64,000 bases of DNA from an uncultured delta proteobacterium. Lineage in GTDB: Bacteria > Desulfobacterota > BSN033 > UBA1163. The position numbers and the translations under genes are program-made. Every line of letters begins with the position of its first letter. The first letter of the stretch is position 1. The notes below the pieces were generated by a model. The model saw only the letters and a program-made list of their open reading frames with translations. It was not told the origin of the DNA and searched no databases. Where the stretch lies: contig CAWHBU010000006.1 of assembly GCA_963827685.1 (NCBI GenBank), forward strand, positions 224,001 to 288,000. The letters run 5' to 3'. Positions 39,342 through 51,957 of this stretch are shown in pieces.

Positions 39342-39511
39342 GACAAAGCGGTAGATAAAAGGCCGCCGCTATGAAACATCAAAACCACAAAAAATCATTA
39401 TCAGTATCCTGAATAATATATGTGGTTTAATACCCATCCTGTAAAATGGCAAAATGGGATGATCCTATTTAGCGGCGGAAGGGGGCAAACTGTAACCTGT
39501 CTGAGATAATT

Positions 39512-40889
39512 ATGCGACGAACAGTTGGAATCACGATCCTGGTAGTTATCGGGCTGGTGGTGATCGGTGGCGTTGGGGTGTGGTGGTTCCGGACCAAAGG
39601 GGACAAGGGGCCGAGGTTACGCACGGTGCCGGTGAAACGGGGCGATCTGGCGGCGACGATCAGCGCAACGGGCACGGTCGAACCAGAGGCAGCAGTGGAC
39701 GTGGGCGCTCAGGTTGCGGGGGTGATTATCGCCTTCGGCAAGGACAAACACGGGAGGGATATTGACTGGGGATCGGTCGTGGATGCGGGCACGGTACTGG
39801 CGAAAATTGACGATTCACTATACGCCGCTGCCGTGGAAACTGCTAAGGCCCAATTCCAGCAGGCCGCCGCCAACAAGATCAGCGCCGATGCCAATGTGCT
39901 CCAGATGAAAGCGAGGTTGCTGCAGGCCCAGGCGGACTGGAATCGGGCACAGAAGCTCGGTCCATCCGACGCGTTATCACAGAGCGCTTACGACCAGTAC
40001 CAAGCCAATTACGAGGTCGCCAAGGCCAATCTGGCGGCGGCCGAGGCCGCCGTCGAGCAAACGAAGGCAGCGGTGGCCCAAGCAAAGGCCAGCCTCACCA
40101 CCGCGCAGATCAATCTCGGTTACTGTACCATCAAGTCGCCGATCAGAGGTGTGATTGTTGACCGGCGAGTTAACATCGGCCAGACAGTCGTGTCCAGCCT
40201 GAGTGCGCCGAGTCTGTTCCTCATTGCGAAAGACCTTAAGCGCATTCAGGTTTGGGTGTCGGTCAACGAAGCCGACATCGGCAGCATTTCTAAAGGCCAG
40301 CCAGTGACGTTCACCGTGGACGCGTATCCCGACCACGTATTCCAAGGGAAAGTCGGCCAAGTTCGGCTCAACGCGACGATGACGCAGAACGTCGTCACTT
40401 ACACCGTCGAGGTGGATACCAACAACGACGACGGCAAACTGTTGCCCTACATGACAGCCAACGCGCAGTTCAAGATCGGCCGTCGGCAAGGCGTGCTGCT
40501 GGTTCCGAATGCGGCGCTGCGTTGGTCACCGCGGCCCAACCAGATCGCGCCGGCACCTCGCCAAACGCCCCACGCTCCGGCCGGCTCCTCGAGCCGGGAA
40601 AGTGCCGGTAGGCTTTGGCCCCATGGGTGTGCCGCTGGCGCATGGAACCATATGGGTCGAGCAAGGCAAATTTGTCCGGCCTGTCCGCGTGAAAACCGGG
40701 CTGACTGACGGCACATTGACAGAGGTCGAAGGTAAGGATTTGACCGAGGGCCTGCGCGTGGTCGTTGGGGAAGCGACGCAGGAAGCCGCAGTCGGCCCAA
40801 GCGCTGACCGGAGTCCGTTCACGCCCCAAATGGGGCGGGGGCCACGTCAAGGCCAGAGTCGCCCGGACGGTCCGGGTGGTGAACGCTGA
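39512..40889 (+). CDS. MacA-like periplasmic adaptor (apparent frameshift near 40600)
   Basis: ATGTVEP, VGAQVAG, IKSPIRG..VDRRVNIGQTV, VNEADIG; the C-terminus V.VKTGLTDG..TEV is in another frame. Confidence 0.85.
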
Positions 40890-40913
40890 TGTTGGCGGAG
40901 GAGTGACCCGATC

Positions 40914-41621
40914 ATGGATTTGATCGAACTGCGGGACATTCACAAGACGTACCATCTCGGTGAGGTGGATCTGCCAGTGCTCAAAGGCGTATCGCTGAAC
41001 GTCGCCCACGGCGAACTCATGGCGTTGATGGGCGTCAGCGGCTCCGGCAAAAGCACACTGATGAATATCCTCGGTTGCTTGGATCACCCGACTTCAGGCG
41101 AGTACTGGCTGGACGGCCACGAAATCTCCGGGCAGACGGCAAAGGAACGCGCCCGGCTGCGGAATCGGATAATCGGGTTCGTTTTTCAAAACTACAACTT
41201 GCTGCCGCGCACGACGGCGTTGGAGAACGTCTTGATGCCGCTGAGCTTACACCAAGGAGAACCTCAGTGAGCATCAAAAGAAACAGCGCGCCGCCGAGTT
41301 GCTCCTGAAAGTTGGCTTGGCGGATCGCATTAATCACCAGCCGTCTCAACTTTCCGGCGGCGAACAGCAGCGCGTGGCGATCGCCCGGTCGCTGGTCAAC
41401 CGGCCACGGGTGCTCCTCGCTGACGAGCCGACCGGCAACCTCGACTCGCGCACCAGCGAGGAACTCCTCCAGATGTTCCAGCAGCTCAACAGCGCCGACG
41501 GCATCACCATCATCCTCGTCACCCACGATCCCGGCGTGGCACAACACGCCCAGCGGATCATTCGCATCAAGGATGGCCTCATCGAGAGCGGCACGGGTCC
41601 ATCCAAACCCGGAGGTGCCGC

Positions 41622-41625
<4 letters not shown>
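40914..41625 (+). CDS. MacB/LolD-family ABC ATPase (apparent +1 frameshift at ~41247)
   Basis: Walker A GVSGSGKST, LSGGEQQRVAIAR, LLADEPTGNLD, VTHD. Confidence 0.88.
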
Positions 41626-42995
<1,370 letters not shown>

Positions 42996-43005
42996 GGTAG
43001 CACTG

Positions 43006-44478
43006 ATGAATGAGAAAGAACAACCGCGCTCCGTTTCGGTCTTGGTAGCGGCGGTGGGTTTAGCCGTGTTGGTAGTAAGCGGGTGCATGGTCGGCCCGAA
43101 TTATCATCCGCCGCAACCGACAGTCCCCACTACATGGGTCGGCGTGACGGAGACGCCGACTGGCCAACCGTCTGTGGCCACTGCGCAGCCAGCCGACCTC
43201 ACGCAGTGGTGGCAGCAGTTCAACGACCCGACATTGACCGCGCTGGTCGAGGAAGCGGTGAAGACGAACCTCGACCTGCGGCTTGCCGAGGCGCGCTTGC
43301 GCCAAGCCCGCGCCACGCGGGGCGTAGCCGTGGGTGGTTTGTGGCCGGCGGTCACTGCCTCTGGCAGTTACCAGCGATTGCACACGGCGGGCGTCACGCC
43401 GGACAACCAAGTACAAAATCTTTATCAGGCGGGTTTGGACGCTGTGTGGGAACTCGACCTGTTTGGCGGCTACCGCCGCAATGTCGAATCCGCCAACGCC
43501 AACATCCGGGCCGCGATCGAAAATATCCGCGACGTGCAGGTCAGCCTTATTGCCGAAGTGGCGCTCAATTATATCCAACTCCGCGGTTACCAGCAGGAGA
43601 TCCTGATCGCGCAAAACAATCTGAAAGCCCAGCAGCAAACCTCTGAGATCACTCATAAACGATTGGACGTGGGTTTCGCCAGTGCGCTCGACGCCGCCAA
43701 CGCCGACTCTGACGTCGCGACGACTGAGTCTCAAATCCCGGTCTTTGAAACCGCCGCGCAACAATCCATCTACGCGTTGAGTGTGCTGTTGGCCCGGCCG
43801 CCGGCGGATTTGTTGAAGCAGTTGTCGCCGACGGGCAACCTGCCCAGCGTGCCAGCGCAAGTCCCCGCCGGTTTGCCGTCGGACTTGCTGCGGCGCCGGC
43901 CCGACATTCGCGAGTCTGAGGCGCAACTGCATGCCGCCACCGCCCAAATCGGTGTCGCTATCGCTAACCTCTTTCCTAGGTTTTCACTAACCGGCACGGT
44001 GAACTGGCAGAGCAACCTGCTGCGCACGTGGTGGACTGAAGCCAGCCGCTCGTTCGGCGTCGGTCCCTCGGTGAGTTGGCCGATTTTCCAGGGCGGCGCG
44101 ATTGTGTCGAACGTACGTTTGCAGAAGGCGCTACGCGACCAGGCGTTCATCGCGTACCAGAAAACAGTCCTGGCGGCGTTTCAGGATGTCGAGAATGCGT
44201 TGATTGCGTTTGCCAAGGAACAGCAGCACCGCAAGGCGCTTAACGACGCCGTTGTCGCCAACCGCAAGGCCGTGGACTTCTCATTGCAGCTTTACACCGA
44301 GGGCCAGATCGATTTTCTCAACGTGCTCAATGCCCAGCGTTCGCTTTACGCCTCCGAAGACGCGTTGGTGCAGAGCGAGCGGAACATCGCCACCGATCTC
44401 ATCGCCCTCTACAAAGCCTTGGGCGGCGGTTGGGAATCCGTGCCGTTTGGTAAGTTGGACACTACTCAGGGAAAATGA
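43006..44478 (+). CDS. NodT/OprM-family outer-membrane efflux lipoprotein
   Basis: SGCMVGPNY, WWQQFNDP, WELDLFG, PSDLLRRRPDI, LYKALGGGW. Confidence 0.95.
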   Translation: MNEKEQPRSVSVLVAAVGLAVLVVSGCMVGPNYHPPQPTVPTTWVGVTETPTGQPSVATAQPADLTQWWQQFNDPTLTALVEEAVKTNLDLRLAEARLRQARATRGVAVGGLWPAVTASGSYQRLHTAGVTPDNQVQNLYQAGLDAVWELDLFGGYRRNVESANANIRAAIENIRDVQVSLIAEVALNYIQLRGYQQEILIAQNNLKAQQQTSEITHKRLDVGFASALDAANADSDVATTESQIPVFETAAQQSIYALSVLLARPPADLLKQLSPTGNLPSVPAQVPAGLPSDLLRRRPDIRESEAQLHAATAQIGVAIANLFPRFSLTGTVNWQSNLLRTWWTEASRSFGVGPSVSWPIFQGGAIVSNVRLQKALRDQAFIAYQKTVLAAFQDVENALIAFAKEQQHRKALNDAVVANRKAVDFSLQLYTEGQIDFLNVLNAQRSLYASEDALVQSERNIATDLIALYKALGGGWESVPFGKLDTTQGK

Positions 44479-44654
44479 TAGCGTTTGAGTTCACAATTGA
44501 GTGGGTGTCTCCACAGATACCAAATCGTTAACGCCTCAATGCTTAGAAGACCGCTTTACGGGCTGCCCTCTTTATGCACATTTCTAATCGTAATGGTTGA
44601 CATTGGGGGTTGTATTAGATTGAAGAGTAGTGAAATGCTCAAAACGAAGCTTCA

Positions 44655-46319
44655 TTAGACAATGGAGGGGCGACTTTTCAGGATGGGCCTTTGCCATGCT
44701 TTTCCAAAGAAATAATCCAAGACTTTTTTTGAACTCTTTTCTTTTACTGCTGAGAGCTTCCCATTAGAATCTTTTCTGAGACTGAAATAAGACCGTTCAT
44801 CAAAAATCATTAGCAGCAAATCCCTCCATGTCATTTCCTCACCCTTGGTCTTAACCTTCTCTTCTAACGTTCGATAGAGTTCTCCCCATGTCATTCCCTC
44901 ATCCAACTCTTTCCCGTCCATCCTTCCTTTGATAAAATTGATGACCCTTGCCAGACGAAAGAGGGTTAATAAATCGAGCCGATTAAATTCCTTTGTCTCA
45001 ATGGGAAAGGCGCTTGACCGCCACTGGACTGAGTGAAAAGGAAGGATACCCTCCTTGTTACATCTCTCAAAAAGAGAAGTCCCGGGAGTGGGGTAATAGA
45101 TGCTCGGTCCGATGAGGACTTTTTTCCCCATCAGGTAGATTAAGGTATCCACCATCTCCTCAATAGTTTGGCCGGGCATTCCCAGGATGGCATAGGCAAT
45201 CACGTTAAGGCCGACCCGCTCTGCGTCTTCGAGAATCTTATCGAACTCAGTCATTGTCTTAGGTCTTCCCATCCTTTCTTTCGTTGAAGGATCTGTGCTG
45301 ACATAGGAAAGATTGATGGTCTTAAACCCTGCCTTTTTCATTAATCCAAGAAGCTCCTCGTCCAGAGAGGCAAAGGAGATTCCATTCATCGCAGAAAGTT
45401 CAATCTTTTCTTCTCCAAACTTCTCGATAATGAGATTCATCAATTGCTTCGCCCGCTGCTGATCAAAGGTGAAATTGTCGTCTTCAATATCAAAAATTTG
45501 GATGCCATATTGCTTCTGACACTCCTTCATCTCTTTAAGTATGGCCTCCGGAGTTCGAGTCCTGAAAGATGATCCCATGACAAGATGAGCTGAACAGTAG
45601 GCACATCCATGTGGGCAACCCCTGCTGGTGATGATCATCGTGGATCGTTTCTTTCTCATCCGATATCGATCCAGATCGAGCAGTTCCCTTGCAGGATGAG
45701 GAAGGGAATCGAGATCTTGGATGAAATTCTGAAGAGGGTTGGTTCGTATTTCTCCATCTTTTCGATATCCAATCCCATCGATCTTTTCAACCTTATCCAC
45801 TTTTCCTTTCCCAATCTGTTCTAAAAGAAGAGGAAAACGGCCCTCCCCTTCCCCTAAAATCACATAATCAAGGAAGGGACTTCGTAGAACACCTTTTGGA
45901 TCGCAACTGACATGGGCTCCTCCCATGACAACAATTTTCCTTCTATCCCATTCTTTTATGATCTGAGCAATCTCCAACGCCTCACCATGATAGGGTGTGA
46001 AGGAAGAGGAGATCCCGAAAACATCAGCCTTCGAATCTTCGACCCTCTTTCGGATATCGTCCCAACCCATTCCAAAATGGTAATAACCTGAATAGAGCTT
46101 GAAGGGACTTTGATCATTGAAGGGATAGAAATCCCGGAGGTATGAAAGCTCGGAGGGAATGGGAATCGACTTTTTCGTTTCTGTCTGACAATCAAGAATC
46201 TCTACATCGTGGCCGTGATTTTTTAATGAGGCAGCGAGGTATGCCAAACCAATTGGTTGCGTCCGAATAGAGGTCTGATAGAAATCCTGAATGGGCGGCT
46301 GAATGAGAAGGATTTTCAT
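44655..46319 (-). CDS. Cobalamin-binding radical SAM protein
   Basis: PIGLAYLAA, GGAHVS, GEGE, TSRGCPHGCAYC, EDDNF. Confidence 0.92.
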   Translation of the reverse strand: MKILLIQPPIQDFYQTSIRTQPIGLAYLAASLKNHGHDVEILDCQTETKKSIPIPSELSYLRDFYPFNDQSPFKLYSGYYHFGMGWDDIRKRVEDSKADVFGISSSFTPYHGEALEIAQIIKEWDRRKIVVMGGAHVSCDPKGVLRSPFLDYVILGEGEGRFPLLLEQIGKGKVDKVEKIDGIGYRKDGEIRTNPLQNFIQDLDSLPHPARELLDLDRYRMRKKRSTMIITSRGCPHGCAYCSAHLVMGSSFRTRTPEAILKEMKECQKQYGIQIFDIEDDNFTFDQQRAKQLMNLIIEKFGEEKIELSAMNGISFASLDEELLGLMKKAGFKTINLSYVSTDPSTKERMGRPKTMTEFDKILEDAERVGLNVIAYAILGMPGQTIEEMVDTLIYLMGKKVLIGPSIYYPTPGTSLFERCNKEGILPFHSVQWRSSAFPIETKEFNRLDLLTLFRLARVINFIKGRMDGKELDEGMTWGELYRTLEEKVKTKGEEMTWRDLLLMIFDERSYFSLRKDSNGKLSAVKEKSSKKVLDYFFGKAWQRPILKSRPSIV

Positions 46320-46562
46320 GGTCTTTAACAAAACCGACCCAAAAATTATATTAAACCAAGCGCCGATTGTCCATTTCTGGAATGTGGACGATACGGGTCA
46401 ATTGGTAATCGATAAGGTGGTATGTCCGCTATTTGTCTGGATTTCGGCCACTGACCGGGCAGGTCTTTTCGTAATTTATCATTAATCAATTGATTTTTTA
46501 ATGAACTGTGATCATATTTAAACTGAGAGGTAGTAAATTTTGACAGATAGGAGGTGGGTAAT

Positions 46563-46715
46563 ATGGTAACTGATCTTGTTTGCGGTTCAAGCATTGATGA
46601 GAAGAATGCAGGAGCATCTTACAATTACAAAAGGCAAACCTATTACTTTTGTGGAGCGCCATGTAAAGATGAATTCACAAAGGCCCCCGCTAAGTTTCTT
46701 AAGAAAAGAAGCTAA
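46563..46715 (+). CDS. YHS-domain protein (50 aa, below the ORF-track cutoff)
   Basis: MVTDLVCGSSID...YNYKRQTYYFCGAPCKDEF.KAPAKF; RBS GGAGGT. Confidence 0.88.
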   Translation: MVTDLVCGSSIDEKNAGASYNYKRQTYYFCGAPCKDEFTKAPAKFLKKRS

Positions 46716-46814
46716 CTCTAGCATTTTGAGATGATCAAGGAAGGGCGGGAGGACAGACGTTTTCCTGTCCTTTCCTATCCTCTTCCTAAGGACGGGATTT
46801 CAATACTCGCCAGA

Positions 46815-47309
46815 CTAAGTCAACCTTAATTTGATCCTCATCACTCTCTCATAATTATCCATGTCGCAATATTCGAAACCGAGCTTCCTGTAGAGCTTAA
46901 TGGCTATGAAGTTTGTTACGTTTACTGTCAGCCAGACTGAGTCGAAACCGAGCTGCCTGAACTTTTCGAGGGTGAGCCGCGTCAGCTCTGTCCCGATACC
47001 GAGATTTCTGTGGTTTTGATCGACAAAGATCACAAATTCACCCGATTTGCCCTTCACGTCGGGAATCAGCGCAGCGTGGCCTATAACGCTATCGCCTCTC
47101 CATGCGAGAAGATTTTCCCCTATTTGAAAAAGATTCTTCACCCAGTTCTGACAGGTTTCAAGGTCTTCAGGCGGGAGGCCCTGAGAGGCGGGTTTAGGAG
47201 AGAACGTGCGGTACATCTCACAAAGAGATGGAAAATCTTCAGCACAACTGATCCCTATTTTAAAGGGTTCCCCAGACTTGTCAGTTCTGGTGATGCGCTT
47301 TGGCTCCAT
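46815..47309 (-). CDS. GNAT acetyltransferase
   Basis: IFVDQNHRNLGIGTEL, N..AIKLYRKLGF. Confidence 0.9.
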   Translation of the reverse strand: MEPKRITRTDKSGEPFKIGISCAEDFPSLCEMYRTFSPKPASQGLPPEDLETCQNWVKNLFQIGENLLAWRGDSVIGHAALIPDVKGKSGEFVIFVDQNHRNLGIGTELTRLTLEKFRQLGFDSVWLTVNVTNFIAIKLYRKLGFEYCDMDNYERVMRIKLRLT

Positions 47310-47593
47310 AATGAAATGGATTTTGAAAAGGGAATGGTTTCTCCCCAATTCTTCGTATCTCTTGGTACAACGAATATACTTTAAAGCTTCGAAAAAGGCA
47401 ATTTCTATTCAGAGAATAGCGAGACTTCTTTATTTCTGGTCGGAAGATAAAATTTCTTTTGGGATTGAAATTCCGGAAATTTTTGGTTCGGTAGGATGAT
47501 TCCTGATTATCCCTTTGGGACGGACGCCTTGTCGATGGCCGGGAAGGTCAATCCATTTGGAGTCACGATAGAATCGATTCGCTCAATTCCACG

Positions 47594-47980
47594 TCAGGCA
47601 GTGTATTGTGGTTTTTGTGCATGGTCCATTAAAAAATTCTTCAAAACATCCCTATCCTCGCGAGAGATATCTATAAATCTCACTCCCGTCTGGTAATCCC
47701 ACGCCCAATCCTTCCTCAGGCGAATGTCCATCCAAACCACCTGGACGACCATCTCCATGATATTCGAATCAGCACAAGAAGGAAAAAATAATTTCAACGC
47801 CAGTTGTTGACCAATCCCCAATTCCTCTGGAAGGTGGAGAAGCAATCCCCCTTCACTGGCATTAACAGCTCGAGCGTATTTGAAGAATAAGTTGCTTCGA
47901 CTATACTTAATTGGCAAATCGACATCAAATCTGGGATATTTTCTTTTTTCTAAATCGAGGCTCTTTTCCGTTAACTCCAT
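47594..47980 (-). CDS. PilZ-domain c-di-GMP receptor
   Basis: EKRKYPR (RxxxR), NASEGG (D/NxSxxG), GVRF. Confidence 0.88.
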   Translation of the reverse strand: MELTEKSLDLEKRKYPRFDVDLPIKYSRSNLFFKYARAVNASEGGLLLHLPEELGIGQQLALKLFFPSCADSNIMEMVVQVVWMDIRLRKDWAWDYQTGVRFIDISREDRDVLKNFLMDHAQKPQYTA

Positions 47981-48026
47981 CGGATTGCTCCCATTTGATA
48001 TTTTTTGCTAACCTTTGGATCAAAGC

Positions 48027-48042
48027 AGCAAAAATTATGCCG
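48027..48042 (-). promoter_or_regulatory. sigma54 promoter of the PilZ gene
   Basis: Minus strand CGGCATAATTTTTGCT (GG-N10-GC). Confidence 0.55.
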
Positions 48043-48570
48043 GAAGGAAATTAACCACTTTAGTTTTATAAATAGCTGGAATTTAAGGCTTGATTTAAAT
48101 TATAGGGAAAGGTCTAAATTGAAGCATGTCCAAAAAGGAAGTGACATGTTGTCAAAAATGGACCGATTTTGGACAAATATTCCTCTTGATTAGTGAAGGC
48201 AATGAAAGGAGATGTTAGATTTCCTTAGGCCAATCTGGCTACATATAAATGTTCTCTGAAAATTCCTCCGGGGTAACCATAAGATCAATCCCAAAAGCAC
48301 GATCGGTCTCGGGTGAATCTCCGACCACGGGCACCAGGAAAGGGAGCCGCCTCCTTTTTTCCCAGGGCACTCCAGATTTTTTCTCGGATTCTTTTTTCAT
48401 AATCGTCCAACTCATTCTGCTCGAACTTCCTTTTAAATCCCAATATCCAAAATCCAGGTTCCGAACAAATTTCAACTGCCAATGTTCAAATGGTCAAAAC
48501 TCTTATTTTCGGTAATTGATAGTTCGATCAATATTAGGAATGTGGCGCTGGGAGATTGATTATCGTCGCT

Positions 48571-49302
48571 TTAAACAAGGTCACCCCATTCATATTGAAG
48601 AATTCCCACCATGGTGATGGCAGCGGTCTCCGTCCTCAAAATACGCTGTCCCAATTTAACGGGAATAAATTCCTTTTTTCTCGCCCACTTCACCTCTTCA
48701 TCGGTAAAGCCCCCTTCCGGCCCAACCATCACATAAATCTTTTGAGTAGAATGTCGTCTCAAGGCGCTTTTAAGATTTTCCCCTTCCTTTTCCCAAAGGA
48801 GGATCTTCAACCCATTCTCACCGCAATCTCTCAATACCTCTTGGAACGGTCGGCATTCTCCTACATAAGGAACCTTTGCTCTTCTCGATTGCTGAACTGC
48901 TTTCACGGCGATCTGCTGCCACCGGTGGGCTTTCTTCTGCTTTACCTCCCTCTCCTCCAGAGAGATGGATCTCTCGGATTGAAAAGGAAGGATCGCCGAG
49001 ACACCCAGCTCCGTCGTCTTCTGGATGATCAGCTCCATCCTTTCCTTGTCTGGAAGGGCCTGAAGCAGGATGATTTCCAAAGATGATTCTGTCGGTGACG
49101 GAAAGGCATCAAAAATAAAAATAGAAGCTTCAGCTTCGGAGAGACGAAGAATTCTTCCCCTGAAATCACTCCCTTCAAGGTCTGTCAAGGTGACGAGGCT
49201 CCCCACACGGCACCTCTGAAAACGAAGGGCCTCCAACGGAGGCCCTTTCATCAGAACTTCTTTGCCGATAACAACCTTCTGATCAAGAACAATTCTATCC
49301 AT
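48571..49302 (-). CDS. rsmE: 16S rRNA m3U1498 methyltransferase
   Basis: IIQKTTELGV, QQSRR, VGPEGGF, LGQRILRTETA. Confidence 0.93.
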   Translation of the reverse strand: MDRIVLDQKVVIGKEVLMKGPPLEALRFQRCRVGSLVTLTDLEGSDFRGRILRLSEAEASIFIFDAFPSPTESSLEIILLQALPDKERMELIIQKTTELGVSAILPFQSERSISLEEREVKQKKAHRWQQIAVKAVQQSRRAKVPYVGECRPFQEVLRDCGENGLKILLWEKEGENLKSALRRHSTQKIYVMVGPEGGFTDEEVKWARKKEFIPVKLGQRILRTETAAITMVGILQYEWGDLV

Positions 49303-51778
49303 TACAAGAGGGTTTCCCTTTTTTCTTCTTCTTTTCCTCTTTTCCCCCTTCTTCCCCTCCTTCAAATTCCTTGATCTTCGATCCGAGCTCTCTCAGTTTC
49401 TTGTCTACCAGGTCGTTCACCGTCCCCTCTCTAAAACGTCCATTCTCCAATTTCTCGCCAGCCTCCACACCGGTGAGAATCTCGATCCCCTGGTCAATGG
49501 TCTTCACGGGATAGATATGGAATCTCCGTTCCTTCACCGCTTCCACCACATCCTTCCTCAACATCAGATCATCGACATTGAGATGAGGAATCATCACGCC
49601 CTGCTTGCCGGTCAATCCCTTTGCCTTGCAGACTTCGAAGAATCCTTCAACCTTCTCGTTCGCACCGCCGATGGGTTGAACCTCCCCTTTCTGATTGACC
49701 GAACCGGTCACCGCGATGTCTTGTCGGAGAGGGAGTCCAGAGATACTTGAAAGCAATGCATAAATTTCTGTCGAGGAGGCGCTGTCCCCCTCAACCCCGC
49801 TATAGGACTGTTCGAAACAAAGGCTGGCACTCATCGTAATGGGTTTATCCTGGGCATATTTTCCTCTGAGATATCCAGCGAGAATATAGACTCCCTTGTT
49901 ATGGATGGGGCCGCTCATCTCTGCTTCTCTTTCGATATTGATAATGCCTGCCTTCCCCAGGGAAGTCTTGGCCGTGATCCGAGAGGGTTTTCCGAACATA
50001 TAATCGCCAAGATTATAGACGGAGAGGCCATTGACCTGGCCCACCACCCTCCCATCGGAGTCAATCAGGATGGTTCCATCATCGATCATCTCCTGAATCT
50101 TTTCCTCGATGAGGTTCACCCGGTAATTCCTCCTGTCAATCGCCTTATCGACATGTTTTTCAGTCACCGTATCACTTCCGTCTTTCTCCGCCCAGTAGTT
50201 GGCTTCCCTCAAAATGTCAGCAATGAGGTGGAAGCGTGTTGAAAGCTTTTTCTGCCTTCCCGTAATTCTCACTCCATGCTCCACCACGGCTGCTATCCCC
50301 GTCTTGTCGAAAGGTCTTAATTTGTCTTCATCACAGATTTTCCGGATAAAGGAAGCATACTGTTGGATCTTGTCATTGTCCTTGCTCATCACGGAATCGA
50401 AGTCTGCTTTGATTTTGAAGATCTTTTTGAAATCATCGTCCAAGCTGTAAAGCAGGTAATAAATCTGGGCATCTCCGATTAGGATGACTTTTGTATTGCA
50501 CTCAACGGGCTCTGGCTTGAGGGCCGAAGTGGAAAAGAAGTAAAAGGGGTCATAGGTCTGAATCTCGATGACCTGGTTTTTTAATGTCCTTTTCAAGGCT
50601 GGCCAAACCCACGGCTCCGTGAGGGCATCCAGGGCATTGAAGATCAAATAGCCTCCGTTCGCTCTTAAGAAAGACCCTGCTTTGATATGGAGAAAGTCGG
50701 TCTTCCAGATTCCCGATCGTTCAACAACCCGTTCGATGGTGCCAAAAAGATTTCGGTAGTTGGGGGTCGTCTCGACAATGATGGGAGATCCTTTTGTCTC
50801 CGAATTGTCTACGAGCACGTTTACTTGGTATTCACTGAATGAGTCCACCGGTTGAGGCAAGACCAACCCGGGGATAGGGGGGGCAGTTTCTTCCTTTTCT
50901 CTGAAGCGGCCGAGATTCGTCAAAATATCTTCCTGGACTTCGTCCAGATATTGGTGAACCTTCTCGTAGTCAAACTTCTCCTTAATATCAGAAATGGAGT
51001 CTTTGACCGCCGGAGAGATCACCTCATTGTCCAAAGAGGTTAGCTCTTCCTTGATCTCCTTCTCTGCTTTCCGGGTCTCTTTAAATATATCCTCCAATTC
51101 ATTGATCAGTTGGACTTGCTTTTCTTTAAGCTTTTCCAATTCCTCTTTCGAGAATTTGCCCTCCTCCACCATGGATTCCAACTGCTCCATGTTGACAGGG
51201 TTCCCCTCGACTAACGGGAAGATGCCAGGACGTGAGTAAGGCCCCATCTGAACCTGAACCAGAGCAAACCCCTCCTTATTCACCATCTTTTCAAACTCTC
51301 GGAACATCTCTGCCTGTTTGTTCCGAAATTTTTCAACCACCTCTTTCTTCTTATTGAGATAGGTCTCGTTCTCAAACATCAAGGGGATTTTCTTTTTCAG
51401 AGTTTCGAGCAAGGTCTCCATCTCTTTCTTGAAGGCATTCCCCTGCCCTGGAGGAAGGATCAGCATATGGGGCATATCCGGGTTTTTGAAATTATTGACG
51501 TAACAGAAATCGTTGGGAATCTTCCCTTGGATGTTTAATTCTTCCAAGATACATTTGATCGTGGTAAAACGCCCCGTTCCTGTCAAGCCCGTTACAAAGA
51601 TATTGTACCCGACACTATGGATATTCAATCCCAATCGGATCGCCTCTTGAGCCCTCTCCTGACCAATGACCTCTTCACAGGCTCGGATGGTCTGAGTGGT
51701 CTCAAAGGGTAATGTCCCTGGATCACAACGCCACCTTAATTTCTCAATGGGAACTTCTTCATAGAGTTTCTCGACCAT
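49295..51778 (-). CDS. Lon-family ATP-dependent protease (LonB/LonC-like)
   Basis: IGQERA, GQVNGLSV, FEQSYSGVEGDSASS, VTGSVNQ.GEVQPIGG..EK.EGF. Confidence 0.92.
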   Translation of the reverse strand: MVEKLYEEVPIEKLRWRCDPGTLPFETTQTIRACEEVIGQERAQEAIRLGLNIHSVGYNIFVTGLTGTGRFTTIKCILEELNIQGKIPNDFCYVNNFKNPDMPHMLILPPGQGNAFKKEMETLLETLKKKIPLMFENETYLNKKKEVVEKFRNKQAEMFREFEKMVNKEGFALVQVQMGPYSRPGIFPLVEGNPVNMEQLESMVEEGKFSKEELEKLKEKQVQLINELEDIFKETRKAEKEIKEELTSLDNEVISPAVKDSISDIKEKFDYEKVHQYLDEVQEDILTNLGRFREKEETAPPIPGLVLPQPVDSFSEYQVNVLVDNSETKGSPIIVETTPNYRNLFGTIERVVERSGIWKTDFLHIKAGSFLRANGGYLIFNALDALTEPWVWPALKRTLKNQVIEIQTYDPFYFFSTSALKPEPVECNTKVILIGDAQIYYLLYSLDDDFKKIFKIKADFDSVMSKDNDKIQQYASFIRKICDEDKLRPFDKTGIAAVVEHGVRITGRQKKLSTRFHLIADILREANYWAEKDGSDTVTEKHVDKAIDRRNYRVNLIEEKIQEMIDDGTILIDSDGRVVGQVNGLSVYNLGDYMFGKPSRITAKTSLGKAGIINIEREAEMSGPIHNKGVYILAGYLRGKYAQDKPITMSASLCFEQSYSGVEGDSASSTEIYALLSSISGLPLRQDIAVTGSVNQKGEVQPIGGANEKVEGFFEVCKAKGLTGKQGVMIPHLNVDDLMLRKDVVEAVKERRFHIYPVKTIDQGIEILTGVEAGEKLENGRFREGTVNDLVDKKLRELGSKIKEFEGGEEGGKEEKKKKKGKPSCNG

Positions 51779-51874
51779 AGCCTCCCCCTTTGTCCTAAAG
51801 CATGTGATTTATTTCGCTTTCAATTTTCTATCAGAACCTGAGAAAAGTCAACGAGGTTTTAAAAAAAATCAGGA

Positions 51875-51935
51875 ATTATGAGTGAAGAGTTATGAATTAT
51901 GAGTGAAGAGTGAAAAGTTACGAGTTAAAAGTTCA
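51875..51935. repeat. Degenerate 7-bp tandem repeat (TTATGAG/TGAAGAG)
   Basis: TTATGAGTGAAGAGTTATGAATTATGAGTGAAGAGTGAAAAGTTACGAG. Confidence 0.7.
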
Positions 51936-51957
51936 CATTTCATAGATGAAATTTGAC

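Noticed and set aside
48239-48515. Short ORFs between the PilZ gene and rsmE
   Set aside because: They overlap a 7-bp repeat tract and have no clear family or start.
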